Positions 8,624 to 15,259 of a stretch of DNA of 64,000 nucleotides are shown one piece after another. Made by a program: the position numbers and the translations under genes. Origin of the DNA: a virus. Each line of letters starts with the position of its first letter. Positions within the stretch are counted from its first letter, which is position 1. The DNA is taken from IMG/VR virus record IMGVR_UViG_3300025674_000015. One strand, written 5' to 3'. Under the pieces are notes generated by a model that saw nothing but the letters and a program-made list of their open reading frames with translations, had not been told where the DNA came from and searched no databases.

Positions 8624-8827
8624 ATGAAAAAGCGACCAAAGGTTGGAGATTGGGTTTATTCTCTTTACCACGAGGCGGAGGGTCTTTTGGTGGGATTCAT
8701 GGATCTCCCAGACGACTGGGGTTGCACCTGTAGGGTGCTTCTCGTGGGGAGAGACACCCCCAGCCCTGCCCACCTGCATTCCCTCCGGATAATCCGGAGG
8801 GCAGAGGATAACAAAAATGAACTTTAA
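8624..8827 (+). CDS. small hypothetical protein (SH3/KOW-like)
   Basis: GGAGG RBS; KVGDWV...GLLVG pattern also present in the next ORF. Confidence 0.65.
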   Translation: MKKRPKVGDWVYSLYHEAEGLLVGFMDLPDDWGCTCRVLLVGRDTPSPAHLHSLRIIRRAEDNKNEL

Positions 8828-9083
8828 CAAAGGAGATTGGGTTGCAACCCACCGGAAGGAGAAAGGGATCGTGGTTGGCTTCCAAACTACATTCTTCTCA
8901 GAGTGTGGAGCCTCAGAGCCTCACAAACTATTGCGACCCCCTCGACCCCCTCGACCCGATCGCAAGCCCACGATCGAATGTGCGTGGGTTCTTTTAATAG
9001 GAGCCCCCAGCCCTTACTTGTTTGATCTTCGCTTTCTCGAAAGAATCGAGGATAACAAAAAAGAAAAATCCATTCACATGTAG
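8817..9083 (+). CDS. small hypothetical protein, paralogue of 8624-8827
   Basis: KGDWV..GIVVG..VLLIG..P; both proteins end near EDNK. Confidence 0.6.
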   Translation: MNFNKGDWVATHRKEKGIVVGFQTTFFSECGASEPHKLLRPPRPPRPDRKPTIECAWVLLIGAPSPYLFDLRFLERIEDNKKEKSIHM

Positions 9084-9453
9084 GTATATGTGGGGGAGGG
9101 GAGATGCCACAGAAAAATCCATTAGAAAAATCCATCCTTGCAGCTTTAAGTTAGTGAAATAGGGCGTAAGGTGGGGGGGTATTTAGCCCAAAAACACAGA
9201 AAAATCAAGAAAAAACGACAAAAATCGTTAAAAAAACAGCTTTTTTTGCAATATATTAGAAAAATCGACATCAGAAAAACCCATAAAAATCCATAAGATA
9301 GGAGAAAAATCCATTTGTGTGACCCCCGTGCGCCCCCGTGTGGGGCTCAGAAAAATCCATTTGCGCCTATCCCCGTGTACAAGGGGCTCAGAAAAATCCA
9401 TTTGCGTTGACACATGTGGGCGCGTGTAGGAGGTTGGCAGAAAAATCCATTTG
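9062..9453. repeat. array of AGAAAAATCCAT(TTG) direct repeats with phased A-tracts
   Basis: Copies at 9062, 9111, 9124, 9303, 9349, 9390, 9439 and degenerate copies at 9258, 9273, 9285; A-tracts start at 9190, 9200, 9210, 9220, 9230. Confidence 0.9.
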
Positions 9454-9491
9454 CAAACAGGCACATGCAGGCGATCAGGCGAAGATCGGCC

Positions 9492-9802
9492 TTTCCCCAA
9501 ACACCGAGAAATAGGGGGTTTGATTTAACCCCCCCCTAAAGGAGACTCGAAAAATGTCCAAAGAAATCAAAGACCTGCAAGCCAAGATCGGAGGCACACA
9601 CCAGCCCACATGTGAGCGTGATCGCCCGCAACCCCCGCCCCTGTGGGCGGCAGCGATTGTCCTGCACCCGCAGCGCAGACAAACCGCGCTCGATTTCACA
9701 CGGGTCATGGCGCACCCACGAGGGAACACGCCAGATCCCCAATTTCCGCAAACCCCGAGAAACACGGGGGTTTGATTTACCCCCCTCCTAAAGGGCACTC
9801 GA
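9492..9802. repeat. ~60-bp imperfect direct repeat (9492-9550 and 9743-9802) with internal GGGGGTTTGATTTA(A)CCCCC hairpin
   Basis: TTTCC(C/G)CAAAC(A/C)CCGAGAAA..GGGGGTTTGATTTA.CCCCC.CCTAAAGG..ACTCGA present twice. Confidence 0.85.
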
Positions 9803-9854
9803 TTTCTTTTTGAGATCAAGGGGTTGGAGATCCCTGGAATCCTTTTCAGAACCG

Positions 9855-9888
9855 TGTGACACGATCTGACACAGGTCGATCGTATAAT
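9855..9888 (+). promoter_or_regulatory. Class II promoter (TGTGACACGATCTGACAC box + GATCG-TATAAT, no canonical -35)
   Basis: Box starts exactly 28 bp before TATAAT here and at 10892, 11478 and 12003. Confidence 0.75.
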
Positions 9889-9943
9889 GTAGCACGAGGG
9901 CAAGAAAGCCCACCAACCACAAACCGATCAAAGGAGATCGCTC

Positions 9944-10216
9944 ATGAAAGTCTTCACCGTCTGGTTCGCTCAGTCCCCCGATCGCACCTTCCGCCTCTTC
10001 GATCGCTCCCCCGAAGGTGCGCCTCTCTGGTTCGTCACTCGCTCCCATGCCGTCGAATGGTGCAGGGACGAGATCTTCGGGGATCTCGATCGTCTTCCTG
10101 TCCCCTATTCCATCGAGATCAGAGAGATCCACGTCGACGATCTGCCCCCTGAATCCCCGATCACCTACGATATTGAGGCAGCATGCGAAGGTTGGCAGGA
10201 ATCCAGTTGGGTCTGA
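9944..10216 (+). CDS. hypothetical protein
   Basis: AAGGAG RBS within the conserved leader. Confidence 0.75.
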   Translation: MKVFTVWFAQSPDRTFRLFDRSPEGAPLWFVTRSHAVEWCRDEIFGDLDRLPVPYSIEIREIHVDDLPPESPITYDIEAACEGWQESSWV

Positions 10217-10227
10217 TTCCCCTTCAA

Positions 10228-10289
10228 AATCAACGATTTATAAAATAGTTGAAAAAAATTGTCAGAAAGAATCACCCCGATCGTATAAT
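10228..10289 (+). promoter_or_regulatory. hybrid promoter with exact IHF consensus upstream
   Basis: AATCAACGATTTA 10228-10240 (WATCAANNNNTTR), TTGTCA 10259-10264 (19-bp spacer), GATCG-TATAAT 10284-10289, followed by the class II leader hairpin. Confidence 0.65.
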
Positions 10290-10334
10290 AGAGGACACAG
10301 GGCAACAACGCCCCACCAATTCAGGAGAGATCAC

Positions 10335-10625
10335 ATGCGAAAGATCACGCAAGAAGCCTTCACCGCTTGGAAGTCCGGGAAATCATTCAAGAAATCCAAC
10401 ACCCGCGTCGACGCTGACGGATCGGTCTTCCTCCACGGGAACCAGATCGTGCGCGTCACCCCTGACGCTGTCCTCGTCTCTGACGGGGGTTTTGGCTGGT
10501 CAATGACCACCCGCGAGCGTTTGAGCCCGTGGGTCACGTTCTCCCAGAAAAACTGGGAGCCTCTGATGGATGGTTCCCCTTACAAATCAGGCACTTGGGT
10601 GGCTCTCACCCGCAAGACTTGGTAG
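10335..10625 (+). CDS. hypothetical phage protein
   Basis: Start reassigned to ATG 10335 behind AGGAG (MRKITQEA...SNTRV...VFLHGNQI...TTRERL). Confidence 0.75.
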   Translation: MRKITQEAFTAWKSGKSFKKSNTRVDADGSVFLHGNQIVRVTPDAVLVSDGGFGWSMTTRERLSPWVTFSQKNWEPLMDGSPYKSGTWVALTRKTW

Positions 10626-10680
10626 CCCCAACCCCTAACCCCTTGATTTCCTTTCACTTTTTCCTTCAGGAGAAAAACCT

Positions 10681-10884
10681 ATGCATTTTCAATACTTTGT
10701 CGCCGCTGTCTGTCAGACCCTCGAAAGCATGGATCACCCGATCGAGAATCTTCTTTCCCGCAGGGAGGCAGAAATGCTCCTCTGCGATTGCTTCGAAGCT
10801 GGCTGGACACCAGACCAAACGATCGACAAGGTTCTCTCTGATGCCCGTGGGGACTGGCTTTTCAACGATTTCTGGAGGGATTGA
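10681..10884 (+). CDS. hypothetical protein
   Basis: AGGAG RBS after a pyrimidine tract. Confidence 0.65.
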   Translation: MHFQYFVAAVCQTLESMDHPIENLLSRREAEMLLCDCFEAGWTPDQTIDKVLSDARGDWLFNDFWRD

Positions 10885-10888
10885 TCCA

Positions 10889-10925
10889 ACCTGTGTCACG
10901 ATCTGACACAGGTCTGACGTATAAT
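10889..10925 (+). promoter_or_regulatory. Class II promoter; box forms a perfect palindrome ACCTGTGTCA-cgatc-TGACACAGGT
   Basis: 10-bp inverted repeat 10889-10913; TATAAT 10920-10925. Confidence 0.75.
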
Positions 10926-10974
10926 AGGGGACACAGGGCAACACCGCCCCAAAAACCGATCCAAGGAGATCACT

Positions 10975-11298
10975 ATGCAATACCGCGAATGGCGAAAAAA
11001 CAAAGCAAAATCAGACACTTCCTTCGTTTCGGCGTGGAGAGATTCCAGGGGTCTCCCGAAGCTCTCTGATGCCGAGAACAGCGAGCGTTTCGACTCCTAC
11101 CTCTGGTTGATGCGCGAGCTAGACAAGATCGTGCTTCGCAAGATGCGCGCCGAAGAGCGCGAGGAGCGCGGCCTTTCCGGCTCCCTCTCCTTTGAGGCCG
11201 AGCGTCACGGGGAAAGCGTCGATTTCGACGACCTGAGTCTCGACTATGCCGAAGAGGTCGACGTTGACGGCCTCACAGACGAAGACGTTGCTTTCTGA
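10975..11298 (+). CDS. hypothetical protein with acidic tail
   Basis: AAGGAG RBS in the conserved leader. Confidence 0.75.
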   Translation: MQYREWRKNKAKSDTSFVSAWRDSRGLPKLSDAENSERFDSYLWLMRELDKIVLRKMRAEEREERGLSGSLSFEAERHGESVDFDDLSLDYAEEVDVDGLTDEDVAF

Positions 11299-11306
11299 CC
11301 CTCACC

Positions 11307-11330
11307 ACCGCCCTTTTGGGCGGTTCCCTT
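11307..11330 (+). terminator. GC hairpin, possible terminator or processing stem
   Basis: ACCGCCC-TTTT-GGGCGGT right after a stop codon; weak U-tract. Confidence 0.45.
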
Positions 11331-11376
11331 CCCAACCCTTTGATTTTCTTCCTTTTTTCCTCTGGAGAGGTGCTAA

Positions 11377-11475
11377 ATGTCTGAAACAATTAAGCTTTTC
11401 GCCGGTGTCCTGATTGCTTCCCTGTTCTACTTCGCTCCCGCCCTGATTTTCTTTTTTCTCCAGCTTCCCTCGTAA
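11377..11475 (+). CDS. small membrane peptide (32 aa)
   Basis: Below the ORF-track cutoff: MSETIKLFAGVLIASLFYFAPALIFFFLQLPS*; GGAGAGG RBS. Confidence 0.55.
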   Translation: MSETIKLFAGVLIASLFYFAPALIFFFLQLPS

Positions 11476-11477
11476 CG

Positions 11478-11511
11478 TGTGACACGATCTGACGCAATTG
11501 GATCGTATAAT
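11478..11511 (+). promoter_or_regulatory. Class II promoter
   Basis: TGTGACACGATCTGACGC-aattg-GATCG-TATAAT. Confidence 0.75.
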
Positions 11512-11562
11512 AGAGGGCAAGGGGGCAAGGAAGCCCCAAACAACGATCGAAGGAGATCAAAC

Positions 11563-11994
11563 ATGCGAATCGAAACCTACGGCCAGAAAAACCTTTTCCT
11601 CTTTGAAATCGCAGACATGGAGCGCAAGATCGACGCACACGTCGCAATGCGCGACCACGTCGAGGCTTCCGGCAAGCTGTCCCCCGAAATGGACGCTCTC
11701 TTCGCCTCCATCCTCACGCCCCTCACAGACGCGGTTGCAGCCCGCAAGGCTACTCTGGACGCGCTCACAACGGCGGATCACCTCCGCCTAGCGGAGCAGG
11801 AAGAGGCGCGCATGCGCTTCGCGGAGACCTCCACAGAGGAGGAGGAGGCGATCAAGGCGGAGGTTTCTTTCTTCCGCTGCAAGCTCCGCCGGGAAGGGGG
11901 TTTCCGCATCCCTCTGGCCTCCAGCCCCGAGGCTGCGGGGGCTATGATGGAGCGCATGGGCGAGGCGTATGACCTGCGCCGTCTGCGCAATTAA
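11563..11994 (+). CDS. hypothetical helical protein
   Basis: Start reassigned to ATG 11563 behind AAGGAG. Confidence 0.75.
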   Translation: MRIETYGQKNLFLFEIADMERKIDAHVAMRDHVEASGKLSPEMDALFASILTPLTDAVAARKATLDALTTADHLRLAEQEEARMRFAETSTEEEEAIKAEVSFFRCKLRREGGFRIPLASSPEAAGAMMERMGEAYDLRRLRN

Positions 11995-12002
11995 TGCGGA
12001 CA

Positions 12003-12036
12003 TGTGACGCGATCTGACACTGTTGGATCGTATAAT
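12003..12036 (+). promoter_or_regulatory. Class II promoter
   Basis: TGTGACGCGATCTGACAC-tgttg-GATCG-TATAAT. Confidence 0.75.
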
Positions 12037-12085
12037 AGGGGAGAAGGGGCAAGGAAGCCCTCAACAACGATCGAAGGAGATCAAA

Positions 12086-12496
12086 ATGGCAAACGCTAAC
12101 TACCTGAAATATACCGTGATTCCCGCTCTCGCTGAATCCCTGCGCGAAGCAGACGAGCTTCAAGGTATCCTCCGCACCTTCCCCGACCTCAGCCCCCTCA
12201 ACAAGGGGCTGATCGAGGGTCGTTTGATCACCGTCAACGAGGCGGTGGAAGACTACTCTGCCGAAATGCGCGCTGAATACGAGGTTTCGGAGCAGTTGAA
12301 CGCTGTGCGCGAATACCGCGCCGGCTTCGGGTCTTACGTCCACCCCACGATCGAAAGGTTCGTGGATCAGGAGATTGCAGCCCTCGAAGCTGCTCTTGCC
12401 CTCGAAGAAGCCCGTGGTGACGGGGAACGCCTCACCTTCGCTAGCTTCGAGGATTTCGAGGCTTTCGTGCGGTCTACCTTCAACGTGGTTGAATGA
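12086..12496 (+). CDS. hypothetical acidic protein
   Basis: Start reassigned to ATG 12086 behind AAGGAG. Confidence 0.75.
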   Translation: MANANYLKYTVIPALAESLREADELQGILRTFPDLSPLNKGLIEGRLITVNEAVEDYSAEMRAEYEVSEQLNAVREYRAGFGSYVHPTIERFVDQEIAALEAALALEEARGDGERLTFASFEDFEAFVRSTFNVVE

Positions 12497-12511
12497 CCGC
12501 AAACCCCGGAG

Positions 12512-12536
12512 CAGCCGCCCTTCGGGGCGGTTGTTT
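12512..12536 (+). terminator. hairpin with TTCG loop, likely terminator
   Basis: CAGCCGCCC-TTCG-GGGCGGTTG-TTT just after a stop codon. Confidence 0.55.
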
Positions 12537-12580
12537 CCCCAACCCCTTCTTTTTATTCCCTTTTTTCAGGAGCAACAATC

Positions 12581-12826
12581 ATGGCTATCTCCCTGTCTTC
12601 ATTGGCAAATCTCTTCTTCTTCGTTTCCCTCGCTGCCGTGGGTTTCTACGGCGTGATCATGTTCGTTCTGTGCGATCAGTATATCCGAGCGATCATGGGC
12701 TCCCCAGAGGTCGACGGCTGGGCGGTGATCGAAGCCACCCCTTCGATCCTCCTCTTGTTCTCGGTGTCTCTGACCGGTTCGATCGTTTGGTTCGCTGTCG
12801 GCGGGTTTTGCCAGACCTTCGCTTGA
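12581..12826 (+). CDS. small membrane protein (two hydrophobic helices)
   Basis: AGGAG RBS; two long hydrophobic segments. Confidence 0.65.
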   Translation: MAISLSSLANLFFFVSLAAVGFYGVIMFVLCDQYIRAIMGSPEVDGWAVIEATPSILLLFSVSLTGSIVWFAVGGFCQTFA

Positions 12827-12878
12827 CCGTCAACCCTAACCCTTTGTTTTCTTTCACTTTTTTTTCAGGAGTTTCAAA

Positions 12879-13226
12879 ATGAAAAAGGCTTTCACTGTAA
12901 CTATCGAGAATGGTTCAAGAATTGGCAAGGCTGTCTTCGAGGCTGCGAGCTTCGCGGAGGTTCGCCGTCAGTTCGCCCTGATGCAGCGTAACGACTTGAA
13001 CTTGAAAGGGTTTTGCATCGTCAAGATTCAGGAGAACGAAAAACCCCAGCGGGTCGGGCGTTTCAAACGTCCCGTTCTCCAGAGCGCGATGGGCAGGGCG
13101 TTGGACGCTGCCGGCAACTCTAAGTCCTTGGGAAGAAAGCGGAATCCGTTCCGCGATCCCAAACAAGCCGCGAAGATTCGCCGCGAGCAAAATGCGATCT
13201 TGAAAAAGGAGAACGAAAACAAATAG
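12879..13226 (+). CDS. hypothetical basic protein
   Basis: AGGAG RBS; K/R-rich C-terminus; last gene of the GC-rich zone. Confidence 0.7.
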   Translation: MKKAFTVTIENGSRIGKAVFEAASFAEVRRQFALMQRNDLNLKGFCIVKIQENEKPQRVGRFKRPVLQSAMGRALDAAGNSKSLGRKRNPFRDPKQAAKIRREQNAILKKENENK

Positions 13227-13233
13227 TTGCATG

Positions 13234-13441
13234 AGGGGGGTCTCCCCCCCCCTCCCCCTCGGCCTCTCCGGAAAGTAAAACCCTAGTAAGATCAGGGGGT
13301 TACGCCGGGCGGCCTAGCCCACACACAAATCGCCGCCAATTTTCCAAAATTCCAATCCTTTCCAATGACTTTCCAAAAAATCCAAAACTTTCCAAAAGAG
13401 GGCCAATCAAAAAAAATCCCCAAAAAAAAATTCCAAAATTG
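13234..13441. repeat. boundary island: C-tract, IHF-like box, ~10-bp periodic TCCAA repeats
   Basis: C-rich run 13243-13260; GATCAGGGGGTTA 13290-13302; TCCAA at 13343, 13351, 13361, 13372, 13381, 13391, 13432. Confidence 0.8.
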
Positions 13442-13464
13442 AAAAAAATGTCCGATCCTTTGAC

Positions 13465-13472
13465 CTATTTAT
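13465..13472 (+). promoter_or_regulatory. putative late promoter CTATTTAT
   Basis: The same octamer precedes AT-rich operons at 18079, 20903 and 50666; -10-only architecture by analogy with T4 gp55 promoters. Confidence 0.6.
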
Positions 13473-13494
13473 AGTAAACAAAAAGGAACCCCCA

Positions 13495-14250
13495 ATGAGA
13501 ATCACCAAATCAATCTTAAAAAAGATCATCAAAGAAGAGATCCTTCGAGAAAGTAGCTACATGGGATTCGAAGAAAAACCACCCCCTCTAGAAAGAGGCT
13601 TCCGCAACGTTGGGATTGATGATGATCGTTTGGCTCAAATTAGAAAAGTTATTTCAGAGCCTCTTAAGAAAATACCTTATCCTCCGAACGTTATAGATGC
13701 TGAAGGGCACGGGGGTAGGATTTATAAACATATTCTAACTCCAACAGAGCAAGTCATAACACGAATGGAGCTTGACTATATTATAAGCAATGATGCTCTA
13801 GAAAAGTTCAACCTCAATGATGTAAACTTTTCCGGGATCGACCTCTCTGGTTTAGATTTTAGCAAGGCTTATATGGATGGGAGCAACTTCTCTGGAGCAA
13901 GCTTGATCGGGACAACAATGAAACAAACTCAATTAGGGGACAGCAATTTTTCCAAGGCAGATTTATCCAAGGCAAATCTAGCTGGTGCATGGCTCGCAGA
14001 TGCAAAACTAGTTGGTGCGCTTCTCGCAGATGTAAATTTGAGAAATGCAGACGGGATGAGGGCAGATCTATCCAATGCAAATCTAACTGGCGCAGACTTG
14101 AAATATGCAAATTTGACAGGTGCAAACTTGACCGGCGCAGACCTGACCGGTGCAAACTTGAAATATGCAAACTTGCGCAATGTTGAGTATAATAGTGAAA
14201 CAATCTTCCCTGAAGGATTCGATCGTTCAGCCTTGGAAGGTTTTGAATAA
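13495..14250 (+). CDS. pentapeptide-repeat protein with conserved N-terminal leader
   Basis: MRITKSILKKIIKEEILRE leader; A(D/N)LxG/A repeats in the C-terminal half. Confidence 0.9.
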   Translation: MRITKSILKKIIKEEILRESSYMGFEEKPPPLERGFRNVGIDDDRLAQIRKVISEPLKKIPYPPNVIDAEGHGGRIYKHILTPTEQVITRMELDYIISNDALEKFNLNDVNFSGIDLSGLDFSKAYMDGSNFSGASLIGTTMKQTQLGDSNFSKADLSKANLAGAWLADAKLVGALLADVNLRNADGMRADLSNANLTGADLKYANLTGANLTGADLTGANLKYANLRNVEYNSETIFPEGFDRSALEGFE

Positions 14251-14264
14251 TAAAAGGAAAAAAA

Positions 14265-15248
14265 ATGAGAATCACCAAATCAATCTTAACCAAAATCATT
14301 AGGGAAGAAATCCTTCGAGAAGCATATGGTCGCGAAGAGTTTACTGAAATCAGACGGCTAGCCATCCCTCCGGGAAATAAAAGCCTACCTAACATTAAAA
14401 AAGCTTACTCGATAGTGAAAAAAATAAAAGACCCTCTCTTGAAAGAGGGGGCAATTGAATATATTAAAGAACACTTTGGAGTGGTGGCGCATAAGATTTT
14501 AAATTATTCTACTACGCGCTTCAGCAAAAATCTAGAATTAAACCTTGATTTAAGCGGGGAAAACCTAAGAGGATATGATATAAGCTCCATGGATTTTCGG
14601 TCTGCGCGGGGGCTAGCCAGACAGAGGTACAAACCAAAAGTAAAGACAGTTAATTTTAGCGAAGCAGACCTGACTGGTGGCAAATCTGATCGTAACTATT
14701 TCTATTTTGGAAATTTTAATAAAGCTATTATGAATGACTTTACTTTCATGCAGACAGCGTTCATCCTTTCCGATCTACAATCCGTTAAACTTAACAATGC
14801 AAAAATAGAATTGACATCCTTTCGGAGTACAAACCTTTCTGGTGTTAAACTAAAAAATGCATATTTACGAGCGGTGGGCTTTGGAAGCGAGGGGGGGAAT
14901 ACTAGTGACAATATCACGAGCCTGCGTGGTGCAGATTTGTCCGGGGCGGAGTTCAGCTTCGTGGATTTTGAAAACTGCGATGCGTCAGGTGCAAACTTTG
15001 CCGGTGCAAATTTTGATCACCACTGCAAGTTTGAGAATGCAGATTTTTCTGGTTGCAACTTTTCTGGTGCATATGCTAAAGGGTGCACATTTAAAAATTC
15101 AAACCTTTCGAATGCGGACTTTTCCAACGCAGACCTCCGTGGGGTTGACTTTAGAGGCTCGAACGTTCAAGGAGCTAATTTCACCGGAGCAATAGGGAGA
15201 CACGTACGTCGTCTCGCCCAATCAAGCTTGGAAGCCCCAGAGCAATAA
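14265..15248 (+). CDS. pentapeptide-repeat protein with conserved N-terminal leader
   Basis: MRITKSILTKIIREEILRE; ADLSG/ANFAG/ADFSN repeats. Confidence 0.9.
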   Translation: MRITKSILTKIIREEILREAYGREEFTEIRRLAIPPGNKSLPNIKKAYSIVKKIKDPLLKEGAIEYIKEHFGVVAHKILNYSTTRFSKNLELNLDLSGENLRGYDISSMDFRSARGLARQRYKPKVKTVNFSEADLTGGKSDRNYFYFGNFNKAIMNDFTFMQTAFILSDLQSVKLNNAKIELTSFRSTNLSGVKLKNAYLRAVGFGSEGGNTSDNITSLRGADLSGAEFSFVDFENCDASGANFAGANFDHHCKFENADFSGCNFSGAYAKGCTFKNSNLSNADFSNADLRGVDFRGSNVQGANFTGAIGRHVRRLAQSSLEAPEQ

Positions 15249-15259
15249 AAGGAAAAAAA

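Noticed and set aside
9303-9453. CRISPR-like mini-array (repeat plus 26-34 nt spacers), tempting given the Cas4-like nuclease at 19.5 kb
   Set aside because: The repeat is only 15 bp and non-palindromic, the spacers are related to each other (CCCCGTG...GGGGCTC) and uneven, and no cas1/cas2 or effector genes are present. Solo Cas4-like nucleases are common in phages.
9855-9872. CRP/FNR site in the class II box (starts with TGTGA)
   Set aside because: The second half-site is TGACA at 7-bp spacing, not TCACA at 6 bp, so it does not fit TGTGA-N6-TCACA.
9228-9903. Short ORFs in the repeat island
   Set aside because: Their translations simply mirror the DNA repeats (WIFL/MDFS), and they lack the promoter-plus-leader context of real genes here. 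9554-9775 has a GGAG upstream and cannot be fully excluded.
970-12085. ORF-track starts at 970, 1993, 3542, 4735, 6758, 10017, 11479, 12023
   Set aside because: These extensions run through or next to the promoter elements, or overlap the upstream gene; downstream ATGs have clear SD sequences and were used instead.
1-13200. Cyanobacterial HIP1 (GCGATCGC) signature suggesting a cyanophage
   Set aside because: The conserved unit is GATC or CGATC with variable flanks; I noticed the full octamer only once (~3107), and no photosynthesis genes are present.
13460-13490. TTGACC as a sigma70 -35 before the pentapeptide genes (also at 18074)
   Set aside because: There is no -10 hexamer 16-19 bp downstream; the adjacent CTATTTAT is the recurring element.
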